Below are positions 1-7,669 of a stretch of DNA of 64,000 nt, in pieces. Location: contig CAJMMA010000005.1 of the NCBI GenBank assembly GCA_905214435.1, positions 3,525-67,524 of the forward strand. The letters are read 5' to 3'. The notes below the pieces were generated by a model, which did no database searches, was not told the origin of the DNA, and saw nothing but the letters and a program-made list of their open reading frames with translations. This DNA is from an uncultured bacterium. Lineage in GTDB: Bacteria > Actinomycetota > Coriobacteriia > Coriobacteriales > Coriobacteriaceae. Both the position numbers and the translations under genes were made by a program. Each line of letters begins with the position of its first letter. Positions within the stretch are counted from its first letter, which is position 1.

Positions 1-238
1 CGCCGGCATGGAAGGCGCCCTGGCGAGCGTCATCGGAGGCCTTGTGAGCTGTCCGGTCATCGCCGTCCCCACCAGCGTGGGCTATGGCGCGAACTTTGGC
101 GGCGTTGCCGCGCTGCTCGCCATGCTCAACTCCTGCGCCAGCGGCGTTTCGGTCGTCAATATCGATAACGGCTTTGGTGCCGCCTACCAGGCAAGTCTTA
201 TCAATCATCTGAGCGCCGGCACGTCCTGCGCCCGCTAA
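1..238 (+). CDS. larB: LarB-type (PurE/NCAIR-mutase-like) nickel-pincer cofactor biosynthesis protein, C-terminal fragment cut by the window edge
   Basis: Track ORF 8..238, with the frame open to nt 2. Translation ...[51 protein letters not shown] is the conserved C-terminal block of LarB/AIR-carboxylase-like proteins. larC follows 10 nt downstream. Confidence 0.75.
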   Translation, partial: AGMEGALASVIGGLVSCPVIAVPTSVGYGANFGGVAALLAMLNSCASGVSVVNIDNGFGAAYQASLINHLSAGTSCAR

Positions 239-248
239 GGAGCATTTC

Positions 249-1166
249 ATGTCCAACCATCACCACACGCTTATCATCGACGGCACCTCGGGCATCAGCG
301 GCGATATGACCGTCGCGGCCCTGCTCGACCTGGGCGCCAGCGAGAAGCATCTGCGCGAGCAGCTCGCCACGCTGCCGGTCGACGGCTTTGAGATTGCCGT
401 TACACGCGCAAACAAGCATGGCATCGACGCCTGCGACTTTGACGTTCAGCTGGCAGAGGAGCTCGAGAACCACGACCACGACATGGCCTGGCTCTACGGC
501 AACGAAGCGCCTGCCGAGCACACGCACGAGCATGAGCACCACCATCATGATCATGGCGAGCATGAACACGAGCACTGCCACGAGCATGACCATGAGGCCC
601 ACGGTCATGGCCACGAGGGTCACCATCACGCCCACCACCATCACCACCGTTCTTTGGCGGACGTCACCGCCATCATCGATGGCTCGCAGCTAAGCGATGG
701 CGCCAAGCGTCGCGCGCTCGCCATCTTTACCGCGCTCGCCGCCGCCGAGGCCAAGGCCCACGGCAAAACGCCCGAGACCGTCATGTTCCACGAGGTGGGC
801 GCCGTCGACTCCATCGTCGACGTCTGCTCTGTCGCCATCTGCCTCGATGACCTGGGTATTGAGGACATCGTGGTCGAGTCGCTCTCTGAGGGTCACGGTA
901 CCATCCGCTGTGCCCACGGTCTCATGCCCATTCCCGTCCCCGCCGTCGTCAACCTGTGCCAGGCAGGCAATATCGCTCTCACGCCGGCACCGGTCGCCGG
1001 CGAGCTCGTGACGCCCACGGGTGCCGCCATCGTCGCCGCGCTACGCACGTCCGAGCACCTTCCGGTCCGTTACCGCATCGAGGCCGTCGGCTACGGCGCC
1101 GGCAAGCGCCCTTACGAGGGCTGCTCCGGCACGCTCCGCTGCCTGCTCGTTCACGTGGATGCATAG
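249..1166 (+). CDS. larC: LarC-like nickel insertion protein (DUF111), N-terminal LarC1-like part only, with a long His-rich tract
   Basis: N-terminus MSNHHHTLIIDGTSGISGDMTVAALLDLGA carries the DUF111/LarC GISGDM signature. His/Glu/Asp tract HTHEHEHHHHDHGEHEHEHCHEHDHEAHGHGHEGHHHAHHHHH lies at about nt 520-645. The ORF ends at ...GYGAGKRPYEGCSGTLRCLLVHVDA (305 aa), and no C-terminal LarC2-like domain follows. Confidence 0.75.
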   Translation: MSNHHHTLIIDGTSGISGDMTVAALLDLGASEKHLREQLATLPVDGFEIAVTRANKHGIDACDFDVQLAEELENHDHDMAWLYGNEAPAEHTHEHEHHHHDHGEHEHEHCHEHDHEAHGHGHEGHHHAHHHHHRSLADVTAIIDGSQLSDGAKRRALAIFTALAAAEAKAHGKTPETVMFHEVGAVDSIVDVCSVAICLDDLGIEDIVVESLSEGHGTIRCAHGLMPIPVPAVVNLCQAGNIALTPAPVAGELVTPTGAAIVAALRTSEHLPVRYRIEAVGYGAGKRPYEGCSGTLRCLLVHVDA

Positions 1167-1168
1167 CC

Positions 1169-1708
1169 ATGGATGCCCGCAAGGCAAAAAGCCGCGCCGC
1201 TATTGTCACGGCGTTTTCCGAGCTCCTGCGCGAGGAGGACTACGGCAAGATCACCGTCGGCGACATCATCGCGCGCGCTCACGTAGGCCGCGCGACATTC
1301 TACGGCCTCTTCAAGAGCAAAGATGACCTACTGTCCGAACTCGTGAGCGACATCTGCACCCACGCCCTCGATGATGACGGTACGCCCCTCGATGACCCGC
1401 TCGTACAGGTCGAACATATCCTCAACAACCTCTGGGAGCGCCGTCAGGGTGTACGCGCCCTCGTAGCCGGCGCCGGCTCACGCGTCTTCGCCGACTGCTT
1501 ACGCAAGACCATCATGTCACGAGCAGCCGAAACCGTCCCCACCGACCCAAACGGCCCCGCCGCCACCATGGACCGAAGCTTCCTACTACACCACATAGCC
1601 TCAAGCTTCGTAGGAATGGTCCAATGGTGGGCCTGGCACAACTTCCAAGCCCCAAAAGAGGACGTAGCCAAAGACTACCTCTCAGCCATACAGCCCCTCT
1701 TCAGCTAA
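1169..1708 (+). CDS. TetR/AcrR family transcriptional regulator
   Basis: ATG at 1169, 3 nt after the larC stop. N-terminus MDARKAKSRAAIVTAFSELLREEDYGKITVGDIIARAHVGRATFYGLFKSKDDLL is a typical TetR HTH. The upstream part of track ORF 956..1708 overlaps larC and is discarded. Confidence 0.8.
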   Translation: MDARKAKSRAAIVTAFSELLREEDYGKITVGDIIARAHVGRATFYGLFKSKDDLLSELVSDICTHALDDDGTPLDDPLVQVEHILNNLWERRQGVRALVAGAGSRVFADCLRKTIMSRAAETVPTDPNGPAATMDRSFLLHHIASSFVGMVQWWAWHNFQAPKEDVAKDYLSAIQPLFS

Positions 1709-1862
1709 GTAAGAAGCTCATCCCAAAGCATCACCCCAACCTAGGGCGCCACGCATCCCAAAGTGTCAACAACAGCTCAACGCCCCTATCAGCAACAAGC
1801 CCCTCCCATCCAAATTCAGATATATGTTGGGTTGCTTGCTCGAGCGCAGCAAAGATCCCGCA

Positions 1863-1987
1863 GCTGGCCGCATGGGGTAACTTCCCAGCGCATTCCGCAG
1901 GACGCAAAAAGGCTCGCCGCACGAAGTGCGCAGCGAGCCTTTTTGCATGTCCGAGGACGCGCTGGGAAGTTACCCCATGCGGCCAGC
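1863..1987. repeat. Nested palindromic intergenic element (copy E1): 29-nt outer inverted repeat enclosing a conserved core with a bidirectional terminator hairpin
   Basis: gctggccgcatggggtaacttcccagcgc (1863-1891) is the exact reverse complement of 1959-1987. The inner core is attccgcaggacgc-aaaaaGGCTCGCCGCACgaaGTGCGcaGCGAGCCttttt-gcatgtccgaggacgc. The same core recurs at 4479-4547 with different outer arms. Confidence 0.8.
1906..1944. terminator. Bidirectional intrinsic terminator between the convergent tetR-family gene and the glpF-like gene
   Basis: A5-GGCTCGC CGCAC gaa GTGCG ca GCGAGCC-T5: a GC-rich stem flanked by an A-run and a T-run, located between two converging CDS ends (1708 and 2009). 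Confidence 0.7.
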
Positions 1988-2008
1988 GGACAACTATGTA
2001 GCCTTCGA

Positions 2009-2740
2009 CTAGAACATGCCCAAGAAACCATGCACAAACAGCGCGGCCACAATAGCACCGACAAACGGAGCGATGCCAGGAACAAGCAGGCCGTACTTCC
2101 AGTTGTTGTCGGCCTTGTTCTTGATCGGCAGCACCTGATAGGCCATGCGAGGACCAAGGTCACGAGCCTGGTTCATGGCGAAGCCGGTGATGCCGCCCAT
2201 GCCCATGCCAACGGCCCAAACGATCAGGCCGACGCAGATTGCGAGCATCAGAACGTTCTCGCCGGCGCGGCTAGCGGCAGCAAGGATGGCGCTGATGAAC
2301 ACGAAGGTGCAGATAGCCTCGCAGAAGAAGTTACGAGCATAGTTCGTGCCCTCGGTGGTGGGGTTGGTCGAGAAGATGTTGCGCTGGGCAATGGGGTCGA
2401 CGACGTCCTCGGAAGCCTTGAACTCATCGGCATACATAAACCAAGCGATCACGGCACCCACAAAGCCGCCGAGCATATCGGCAAGCATGAAGGGGATGCA
2501 GTTGCCCCACGGCACCAGGCCGACGATGCACTGGGCAAGCACCATGGCGGGGTTCATGCACACAGCGCCACCAAAGACAAACAGGCAGACCGAGATGCCA
2601 AAGGACCAGGTGGTGATGGCAAACATATGGCCGGAGCCCTGATACTTGGTGCCCTTGAGCACGGTATCGCAGTGAACACCCACGCCAAAGACGATCATGA
2701 GGGCCGTTGCGCCGAATTCGCAGAGGAGTTTGGTAAGCAT
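2009..2740 (-). CDS. MIP-family aquaglyceroporin (GlpF/LarD-like channel)
   Basis: 243 aa. First NPA box is present (CMNPAMVLAQC). The second box region FAMNQARDLGPR matches the GlpF NPARD(F/L)GP block but reads NQA. It lies directly downstream of larA, as the lactate-conducting LarD does in lar operons. Confidence 0.85.
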   Translation of the reverse strand: MLTKLLCEFGATALMIVFGVGVHCDTVLKGTKYQGSGHMFAITTWSFGISVCLFVFGGAVCMNPAMVLAQCIVGLVPWGNCIPFMLADMLGGFVGAVIAWFMYADEFKASEDVVDPIAQRNIFSTNPTTEGTNYARNFFCEAICTFVFISAILAAASRAGENVLMLAICVGLIVWAVGMGMGGITGFAMNQARDLGPRMAYQVLPIKNKADNNWKYGLLVPGIAPFVGAIVAALFVHGFLGMF

Positions 2741-2789
2741 AAAACCTTATCTTTCTTGTCGGTTATAAACGATTCGTTTAAGCCGCGCA

Positions 2790-4067
2790 CTAGTGCTGTG
2801 CGACAACAACACCCAGGCCATCGGGGATGACGGCGACCTTGGCATCGGCACCCTTCATCTCAAAGGCGAGCTTGAGCGCTTCCTCGATAGTGTTGACCGG
2901 CGTCATGTGCATATCCTTGAGCATCTGGTGATCGCACAGGTCGGTGACCATGATCACAGGGTGATGCGCCAGGATGCGGGCAAAGATCTGGCTCGTCCAC
3001 TGATCGGGCAGGGTCTCGTCCTTAGGACGATCGATGCAGGCGCGCTCAAACTCTGCCGGATCGTTGTCGGCGATGTTGTGATAGAAGCCCTCGCCGCCGT
3101 GACCGTCGGCACAACCGGCGACGTCGATGATCACGCCGCCCTCGGGAAGCGTGGCCTCGGCAGCGCACATGCCCTTCACAGCCTGATAGATGTTCTGATC
3201 GAGGGGGTAGCCGCCGTTAGTGGTAATGGCGATCTCGCACTCGACGGGCTCAACGCCGGCAAGGCTCTTCACGAACTCGCAGCCAGCCTCGTGCGCCTTG
3301 TGGATGTCGCCGGCAAAGGAGCCAATGACCTCGTGCTTGCCGTTGAGCACCACGTTGAGCACAAAGGCAAGGTGAGCCATCTCGGCGGCGGCAAACATGT
3401 CCTCGCTCACGTGGTTGTGGCACAGGTTGCCGGCACGCGAGTGGGAATCGTTCACAAACTGACCGTTGTGGTTGTACATGATGGTCTTGTAGCTGGCGAT
3501 GCCAGGCAGGACGGACTTGCGGCTACCAGAGAAACCGGCAAAGAAGTGCGGCTCAATAAAGCCCTCGGCAAGCAGCAGATCGCAATCGGCCGCAATCTTG
3601 TTGATGATGCACTCGCCACCAGAAGGCAGGGTGCCGATCTTTTTCATCATGCTGTCGTCAGTCGCGACGTGCATAACGATTTCTTCGTTGGCAACGATCT
3701 CCTCGCCGTACTTGTTGACGAGCTCCTCGTGCGTCGACGGACGATGCATACCCGTAGCAACCAGAATGCGAACGCGCGCCTCAGGCGCAGCGGAATGGAT
3801 GTGATGCAGCAGAATAGGCATCGTCACACGCGAGGGAACGGGACGCGTATGATCGGAGCTAATGATGACAATATCCTTCTTGCCAGCACAAAGCTCCTCG
3901 AGCGAAGGTGAGCCGTAAGGGTTGGCAAGCGACTCCTCCACCAGCTCTTCCTGCGATTTCGTGGTCTTAAACTCGTTTTGATGACCTTCCATCACACCCG
4001 CGAAGTTCTTATCCTCGAGTTCCAGATGCAACGTCTTGTGGTCAAACGGCAGTTCACATTCAAACAA
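2790..4067 (-). CDS. larA: Nickel-dependent lactate racemase LarA (DUF2088 family)
   Basis: Contains SSDHTRPVPS, SRKSVLPGIA and CADGHGGEGF blocks typical of LarA. The track ORF extends to 4145. I place the start at in-frame TTG 4067 (LFECELPFDHKTLHLELEDKNFAG...), preceded by aaaGGAAGAGGgcgctcgtca, giving about 425 aa like known LarA. The start is uncertain. Confidence 0.85.
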   Translation of the reverse strand: MFECELPFDHKTLHLELEDKNFAGVMEGHQNEFKTTKSQEELVEESLANPYGSPSLEELCAGKKDIVIISSDHTRPVPSRVTMPILLHHIHSAAPEARVRILVATGMHRPSTHEELVNKYGEEIVANEEIVMHVATDDSMMKKIGTLPSGGECIINKIAADCDLLLAEGFIEPHFFAGFSGSRKSVLPGIASYKTIMYNHNGQFVNDSHSRAGNLCHNHVSEDMFAAAEMAHLAFVLNVVLNGKHEVIGSFAGDIHKAHEAGCEFVKSLAGVEPVECEIAITTNGGYPLDQNIYQAVKGMCAAEATLPEGGVIIDVAGCADGHGGEGFYHNIADNDPAEFERACIDRPKDETLPDQWTSQIFARILAHHPVIMVTDLCDHQMLKDMHMTPVNTIEEALKLAFEMKGADAKVAVIPDGLGVVVAQH

Positions 4068-4282
4068 TGACGAGCGCCCTCTTCCTTTCAACTGACACAC
4101 TAGATAAACCGTTGGAAGGATACGCCGCTCACCGAAAAACACCACCGTCTACCGACTCATTAACACAACGTTCATATTTGACCCACAACAAAACGGCCGC
4201 GATCCCAAAAAGGACCGCGGCCGGAACAGTCGTAAGGCGAGAAGCGCCAAATGCATCTCAATCCCAATCGATAAGACGCGAG

Positions 4283-4463
4283 GCGCGAAGCGCACAATTC
4301 TTCTCCTCAGCTTTAATCCCCGAAGACCGAGGACGAAGGGGCCCGATGGGTTTCCCTCTGAATGCATTCCGCAGCACGAAGCCCCATCAGAGTGCGCGAA
4401 GCGCGCTATCTTTTCCTCAGCAGTAATCCGCCGAAGACCGGACATCGCAGGGCCCGCCATCAG
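4283..4463. repeat. Two direct ~68-nt repeat units (GCGCGAAGCGC...TCCTCAGC..TAATCC.CCGAAGACCG...GGGCCCG) in the larA/ppc intergenic region
   Basis: The unit at 4283-4350 and the unit at 4394-4463 share gcgcgaagcgc, ttctcctcag/tttcctcag, taatcc(c/g)ccgaagaccg and ggggcccg/gggcccg in the same order. The second unit runs into the outer arm of element E2. Confidence 0.6.
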
Positions 4464-4576
4464 CTTACTTTTAAGCACACTCCGCAGGACGCAAGAAACC
4501 CTCGCCGCACGAAGTGCGCAGCGAGGGCTTCTTGCATGTCCGAGGACGTGCTTAAAAGTAAGCTGATGGCGGGCCC
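4450..4576. repeat. Nested palindromic intergenic element (copy E2) with an embedded terminator for ppc
   Basis: gggcccgccatcagcttacttttaagcac (4450-4478) is the reverse complement of 4548-4576. The core actccgcaggacgc-aagaaaCCCTCGCCGCACgaaGTGCGcaGCGAGGGcttctt-gcatgtccgaggacg is homologous to E1, with compensatory changes in the stem (GGCTCGC/GCGAGCC versus CCCTCGC/GCGAGGG). Confidence 0.8.
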
Positions 4577-4597
4577 GGACGACTACAGGGCTATCGA

Positions 4598-7423
4598 TTA
4601 CCCCGTGTTCTGCAATCCTGCCGAGACGCCGGTCACAGTCGATAGAATCAGGCTCATGTACTCGGCCTTCTTCTCCTCCGCCATCTCGTCCTGGTTCATG
4701 CGCACCTCGCGAAGGGCGCGGACCTGGGCGATGGACAGGGCGTCGACGTAGGGGTTACGCACGCGGACGGCGCAGCCGAGCACGCGGCGGCGCTGCAGCG
4801 GCCACTCGTCACCGACGATGGCAAGGACCCACTTACGGGTGAGCTGCATCTCGGTGAAGACCTTCTCGGACAGATCCTGGCGGTCGCCCAGGTGCAGATA
4901 CATCTTGGCGATGCGCTGGTCAGTCTTGGCGATCGACATCTCGATGTTGTCGATAAAGGTGCGGAAGAACGGCCACTCCTGGTAGGCAGCCTTAAGCTGG
5001 TCCAGATCGCCAAACTGCTCGCAGGCGGTACCCAGGCCGTACCAAGCGGCCAGATTGATGCGCGCCTGGCTCCAGCTGAAGATCCACGGAATGGTACGCA
5101 GGTCGTCGAGCGACTTGGCACCCAGGCCGCGCTTGGCCGGGCGCGAGCCGATCGGCAGCAGCCCGACCTCGGTCAGCGGCGTCACGGTCGAGAACCACGG
5201 TGTAAAGTCCTCGGTGTTGAGCAGGTCCAGATAGCGCTCGTGGCTTGCGGCGTTAAGCTTCTCGGCCATATCCCAGAACTTCTGCGTGGTCTCGGTGTTG
5301 GTCTTCTCGACACTCGGGGCCGACTGCAAAAGCGTTGCGGCGGCAACGGACTCAACATGGCGCTGAGCCAGCGTGCGGTTGCCGTAACGGGCAAAGATGA
5401 CCTCGCCCTGCTCGGTGAGCTTAAAGAAGCAGTTGACCGAACCCTTGGGCTGCGCCAGCACGGCCTTGTTGGCCGGACCGCCGCCACGGCCCACGGCACC
5501 GCCGCGACCGTGCATGAGCACCAGGTCGATATCGTTCTTCTCGGCCCACTTGGCAATGCGCTCCTGCGCGGAGTGCAGCGCGAGCATGGCCGTGGTAGGA
5601 CCGGCATCCTTGGAGGAGTCGGAATAGCCCAGCATGACCTCCATGCGGCGGTTGGTCTGGGCAAGGCGCTTTTGCACCACGGGCAGCGTAAGCATCTGGT
5701 CGAGCACGTCGACGCAGCCCTCGAGGTCCTCGAGCTGCTCGAACAGCGGGATCACGTCGAGCTCGGGGACATCCTCCTCGTGTGCAAAGGACAGGTGGGC
5801 CAGCTCAAAGACGTCGGCCACATGCTGGGCGCTCTTGGTGAACGAGATGATGTAGCGGTGCGCCATCTTCTTGCCGTAGCGCTTTTGGATGGAACCGATG
5901 GCACGGAAGGTGTCGATAACCTCGCGCGTCATGGGCTGCAGGTCGCCATGGATACCGTTCTCGTGGATATCCTTGAGGGCGCGGGCGTGCACCACGGAGT
6001 GCTGACGGAACTCCATCTCGACCATGTGGAAGCCGAAGGACTCGACCTGCCAGATGATGGTCTGGACCGGGCCGTAGGCGGCACGGACGGCACCGCAGGC
6101 GGCCAGGGAGCGCTGGACGACGCGCAGGTCATCCAGGAACTCATCGGCGCTGTGGTACATGGTATCGGTGATGCGACGGACGGTGGCGTTCAGACGGTCG
6201 GCCATGACGAGCATAACGGCGCGATGCGGCTCGTGCTCGGAGATCAGTTCAGCACGTGCGGTGTACTGAGTGCTCATCTCGACCTGATGGTTCCACAGGT
6301 TGATGAGTTCGGCAGACGGCTTGCTGTAGGTGGCCTCAAGCGTCAGGTTACGGCCGATGCGGCGGCACTTGTCCTCGAGCTTGAGCACCATATGGGTGAA
6401 GTACTTGGCAGCAACCTCGCGGCTCACCTTGGCGGTGACATTGGGGTTGCCGTCGCGGTCGGAACCGATCCAGCTGCCGGGGTGGAAGAACGCCGGGCAC
6501 AGCGGCGGCACGGTGCCGGCCTTGTCGCCCAGCACCCAGTCATCAAAACGACGATAGATAACGGGAATGACGTCGAACAGCGTGTTATCGAAGATGTCGA
6601 TGATGGTATCGGCTTCTTCGACCGGCGTGGGCTTCTTGAGCGCGATGGGGCTCGTACGCACCAGAGCGTCGATCTCCTGCAGCATATGGCGCTCGTTCTC
6701 CACCAGGTCGGAGCCGCCCAGGCGCGGACGCTCCTCCAGCAGGTTGGAGATACGGCGAATCTTGCCCTCGACGGCCTTACGACGGGCCTCGGTGGGATGT
6801 GCGGTAAAGACAGGGTGGAACTCGAGCTTGTCGAGCAGCTCGTTGGCGCCCTCGACACCCATCTCGTTTACCAACTGGTGATAGGCGACGGTGAGTTCGT
6901 TGGCGGGATCGACCTCGGTATCGGTCGACGCACCTGCCTCGCGCTCGCGCAGCTGCGCCACGCGGTAGTTCTCCTCCGACAGGTTTGCCAGATGGAAGAA
7001 GCTCGTAAAGGCGCGGACGATAACCTGCTGCTTATCGAGCGGCAGACTGTCGATCAGATCAACGACCTCGCGAAACGCCACGGCGGTGGGCTCGTCGGCA
7101 GTGGGCACGCCCTGCTCGTCGACGGACTCGTCGGCAGCACGGGTGCCGGGGTTTCCGGCATTGGCCACAATCTCGGCTGTCAAAATCTTGTCGAACAGGT
7201 CCGCGATCTCGGGATCATACTCGCTAAGCACACGGCGCTCCAGGCGCAAGAACAGCGCCAGATTGTCGCGCAGCTCCTCGGGGATCTCGATCTCGGCGAG
7301 ACGCTCCTTGGATTCGGCATTCGAGCCGATTCGGTTAACGAGGCGGTTGACCACGGCAGCGACGCGCGCCGCGGCTTCGGGTACAGACTGGTTGCTTAGG
7401 TTCTCAGCCACGTTTCCTCCCAT
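4598..7423 (-). CDS. ppc: Phosphoenolpyruvate carboxylase
   Basis: 941 aa with hallmark blocks VFTAHPTE, VMLGYSDSSKDAGP, FHGRGGAVGRGGGP and C-terminal ...GLQNTG. Confidence 0.95.
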   Translation of the reverse strand: MGGNVAENLSNQSVPEAAARVAAVVNRLVNRIGSNAESKERLAEIEIPEELRDNLALFLRLERRVLSEYDPEIADLFDKILTAEIVANAGNPGTRAADESVDEQGVPTADEPTAVAFREVVDLIDSLPLDKQQVIVRAFTSFFHLANLSEENYRVAQLREREAGASTDTEVDPANELTVAYHQLVNEMGVEGANELLDKLEFHPVFTAHPTEARRKAVEGKIRRISNLLEERPRLGGSDLVENERHMLQEIDALVRTSPIALKKPTPVEEADTIIDIFDNTLFDVIPVIYRRFDDWVLGDKAGTVPPLCPAFFHPGSWIGSDRDGNPNVTAKVSREVAAKYFTHMVLKLEDKCRRIGRNLTLEATYSKPSAELINLWNHQVEMSTQYTARAELISEHEPHRAVMLVMADRLNATVRRITDTMYHSADEFLDDLRVVQRSLAACGAVRAAYGPVQTIIWQVESFGFHMVEMEFRQHSVVHARALKDIHENGIHGDLQPMTREVIDTFRAIGSIQKRYGKKMAHRYIISFTKSAQHVADVFELAHLSFAHEEDVPELDVIPLFEQLEDLEGCVDVLDQMLTLPVVQKRLAQTNRRMEVMLGYSDSSKDAGPTTAMLALHSAQERIAKWAEKNDIDLVLMHGRGGAVGRGGGPANKAVLAQPKGSVNCFFKLTEQGEVIFARYGNRTLAQRHVESVAAATLLQSAPSVEKTNTETTQKFWDMAEKLNAASHERYLDLLNTEDFTPWFSTVTPLTEVGLLPIGSRPAKRGLGAKSLDDLRTIPWIFSWSQARINLAAWYGLGTACEQFGDLDQLKAAYQEWPFFRTFIDNIEMSIAKTDQRIAKMYLHLGDRQDLSEKVFTEMQLTRKWVLAIVGDEWPLQRRRVLGCAVRVRNPYVDALSIAQVRALREVRMNQDEMAEEKKAEYMSLILSTVTGVSAGLQNTG

Positions 7424-7669
7424 TCCTCCTTCTATGCACGTAACATGCGGTATTTATTATAGGCACTCGGCAAAAACTTTCGACGCTGATTGCGCTTTAC
7501 CACACAAAAGTATTTTCTGCATTGCAAGGCTTTTTGCCCCAAATGGTCGTATTTCTCGGTGGGCGGCATATGCAAACGGGGGCATTCCGCATAAATGCGA
7601 AACACCCCCGTAACAATCGCTCTCAATGAGCTGAGCGCTTTAGTGAGTCCACAGCTCAAAAATCATGCG

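Noticed and set aside
520-645. His-rich tract in LarC as a low-complexity artefact or frameshift
   Set aside because: The frame is continuous with conserved LarC sequence on both sides. His-rich metal-binding tracts are expected in nickel-handling proteins, so it is treated as genuine.
956-1168. N-terminal 71-codon extension of the TetR ORF
   Set aside because: It overlaps the 3' end of larC in another frame and translates to an Arg/Pro/His-rich string. The TetR HTH starts right after the ATG at 1169.
4892-7399. 835-aa ORF on the plus strand
   Set aside because: It is entirely antisense to ppc, which has unmistakable PEPC motifs. The translation is a Gly/Leu/Val/Asp/Arg-rich low-information sequence typical of shadow frames in high-GC DNA.
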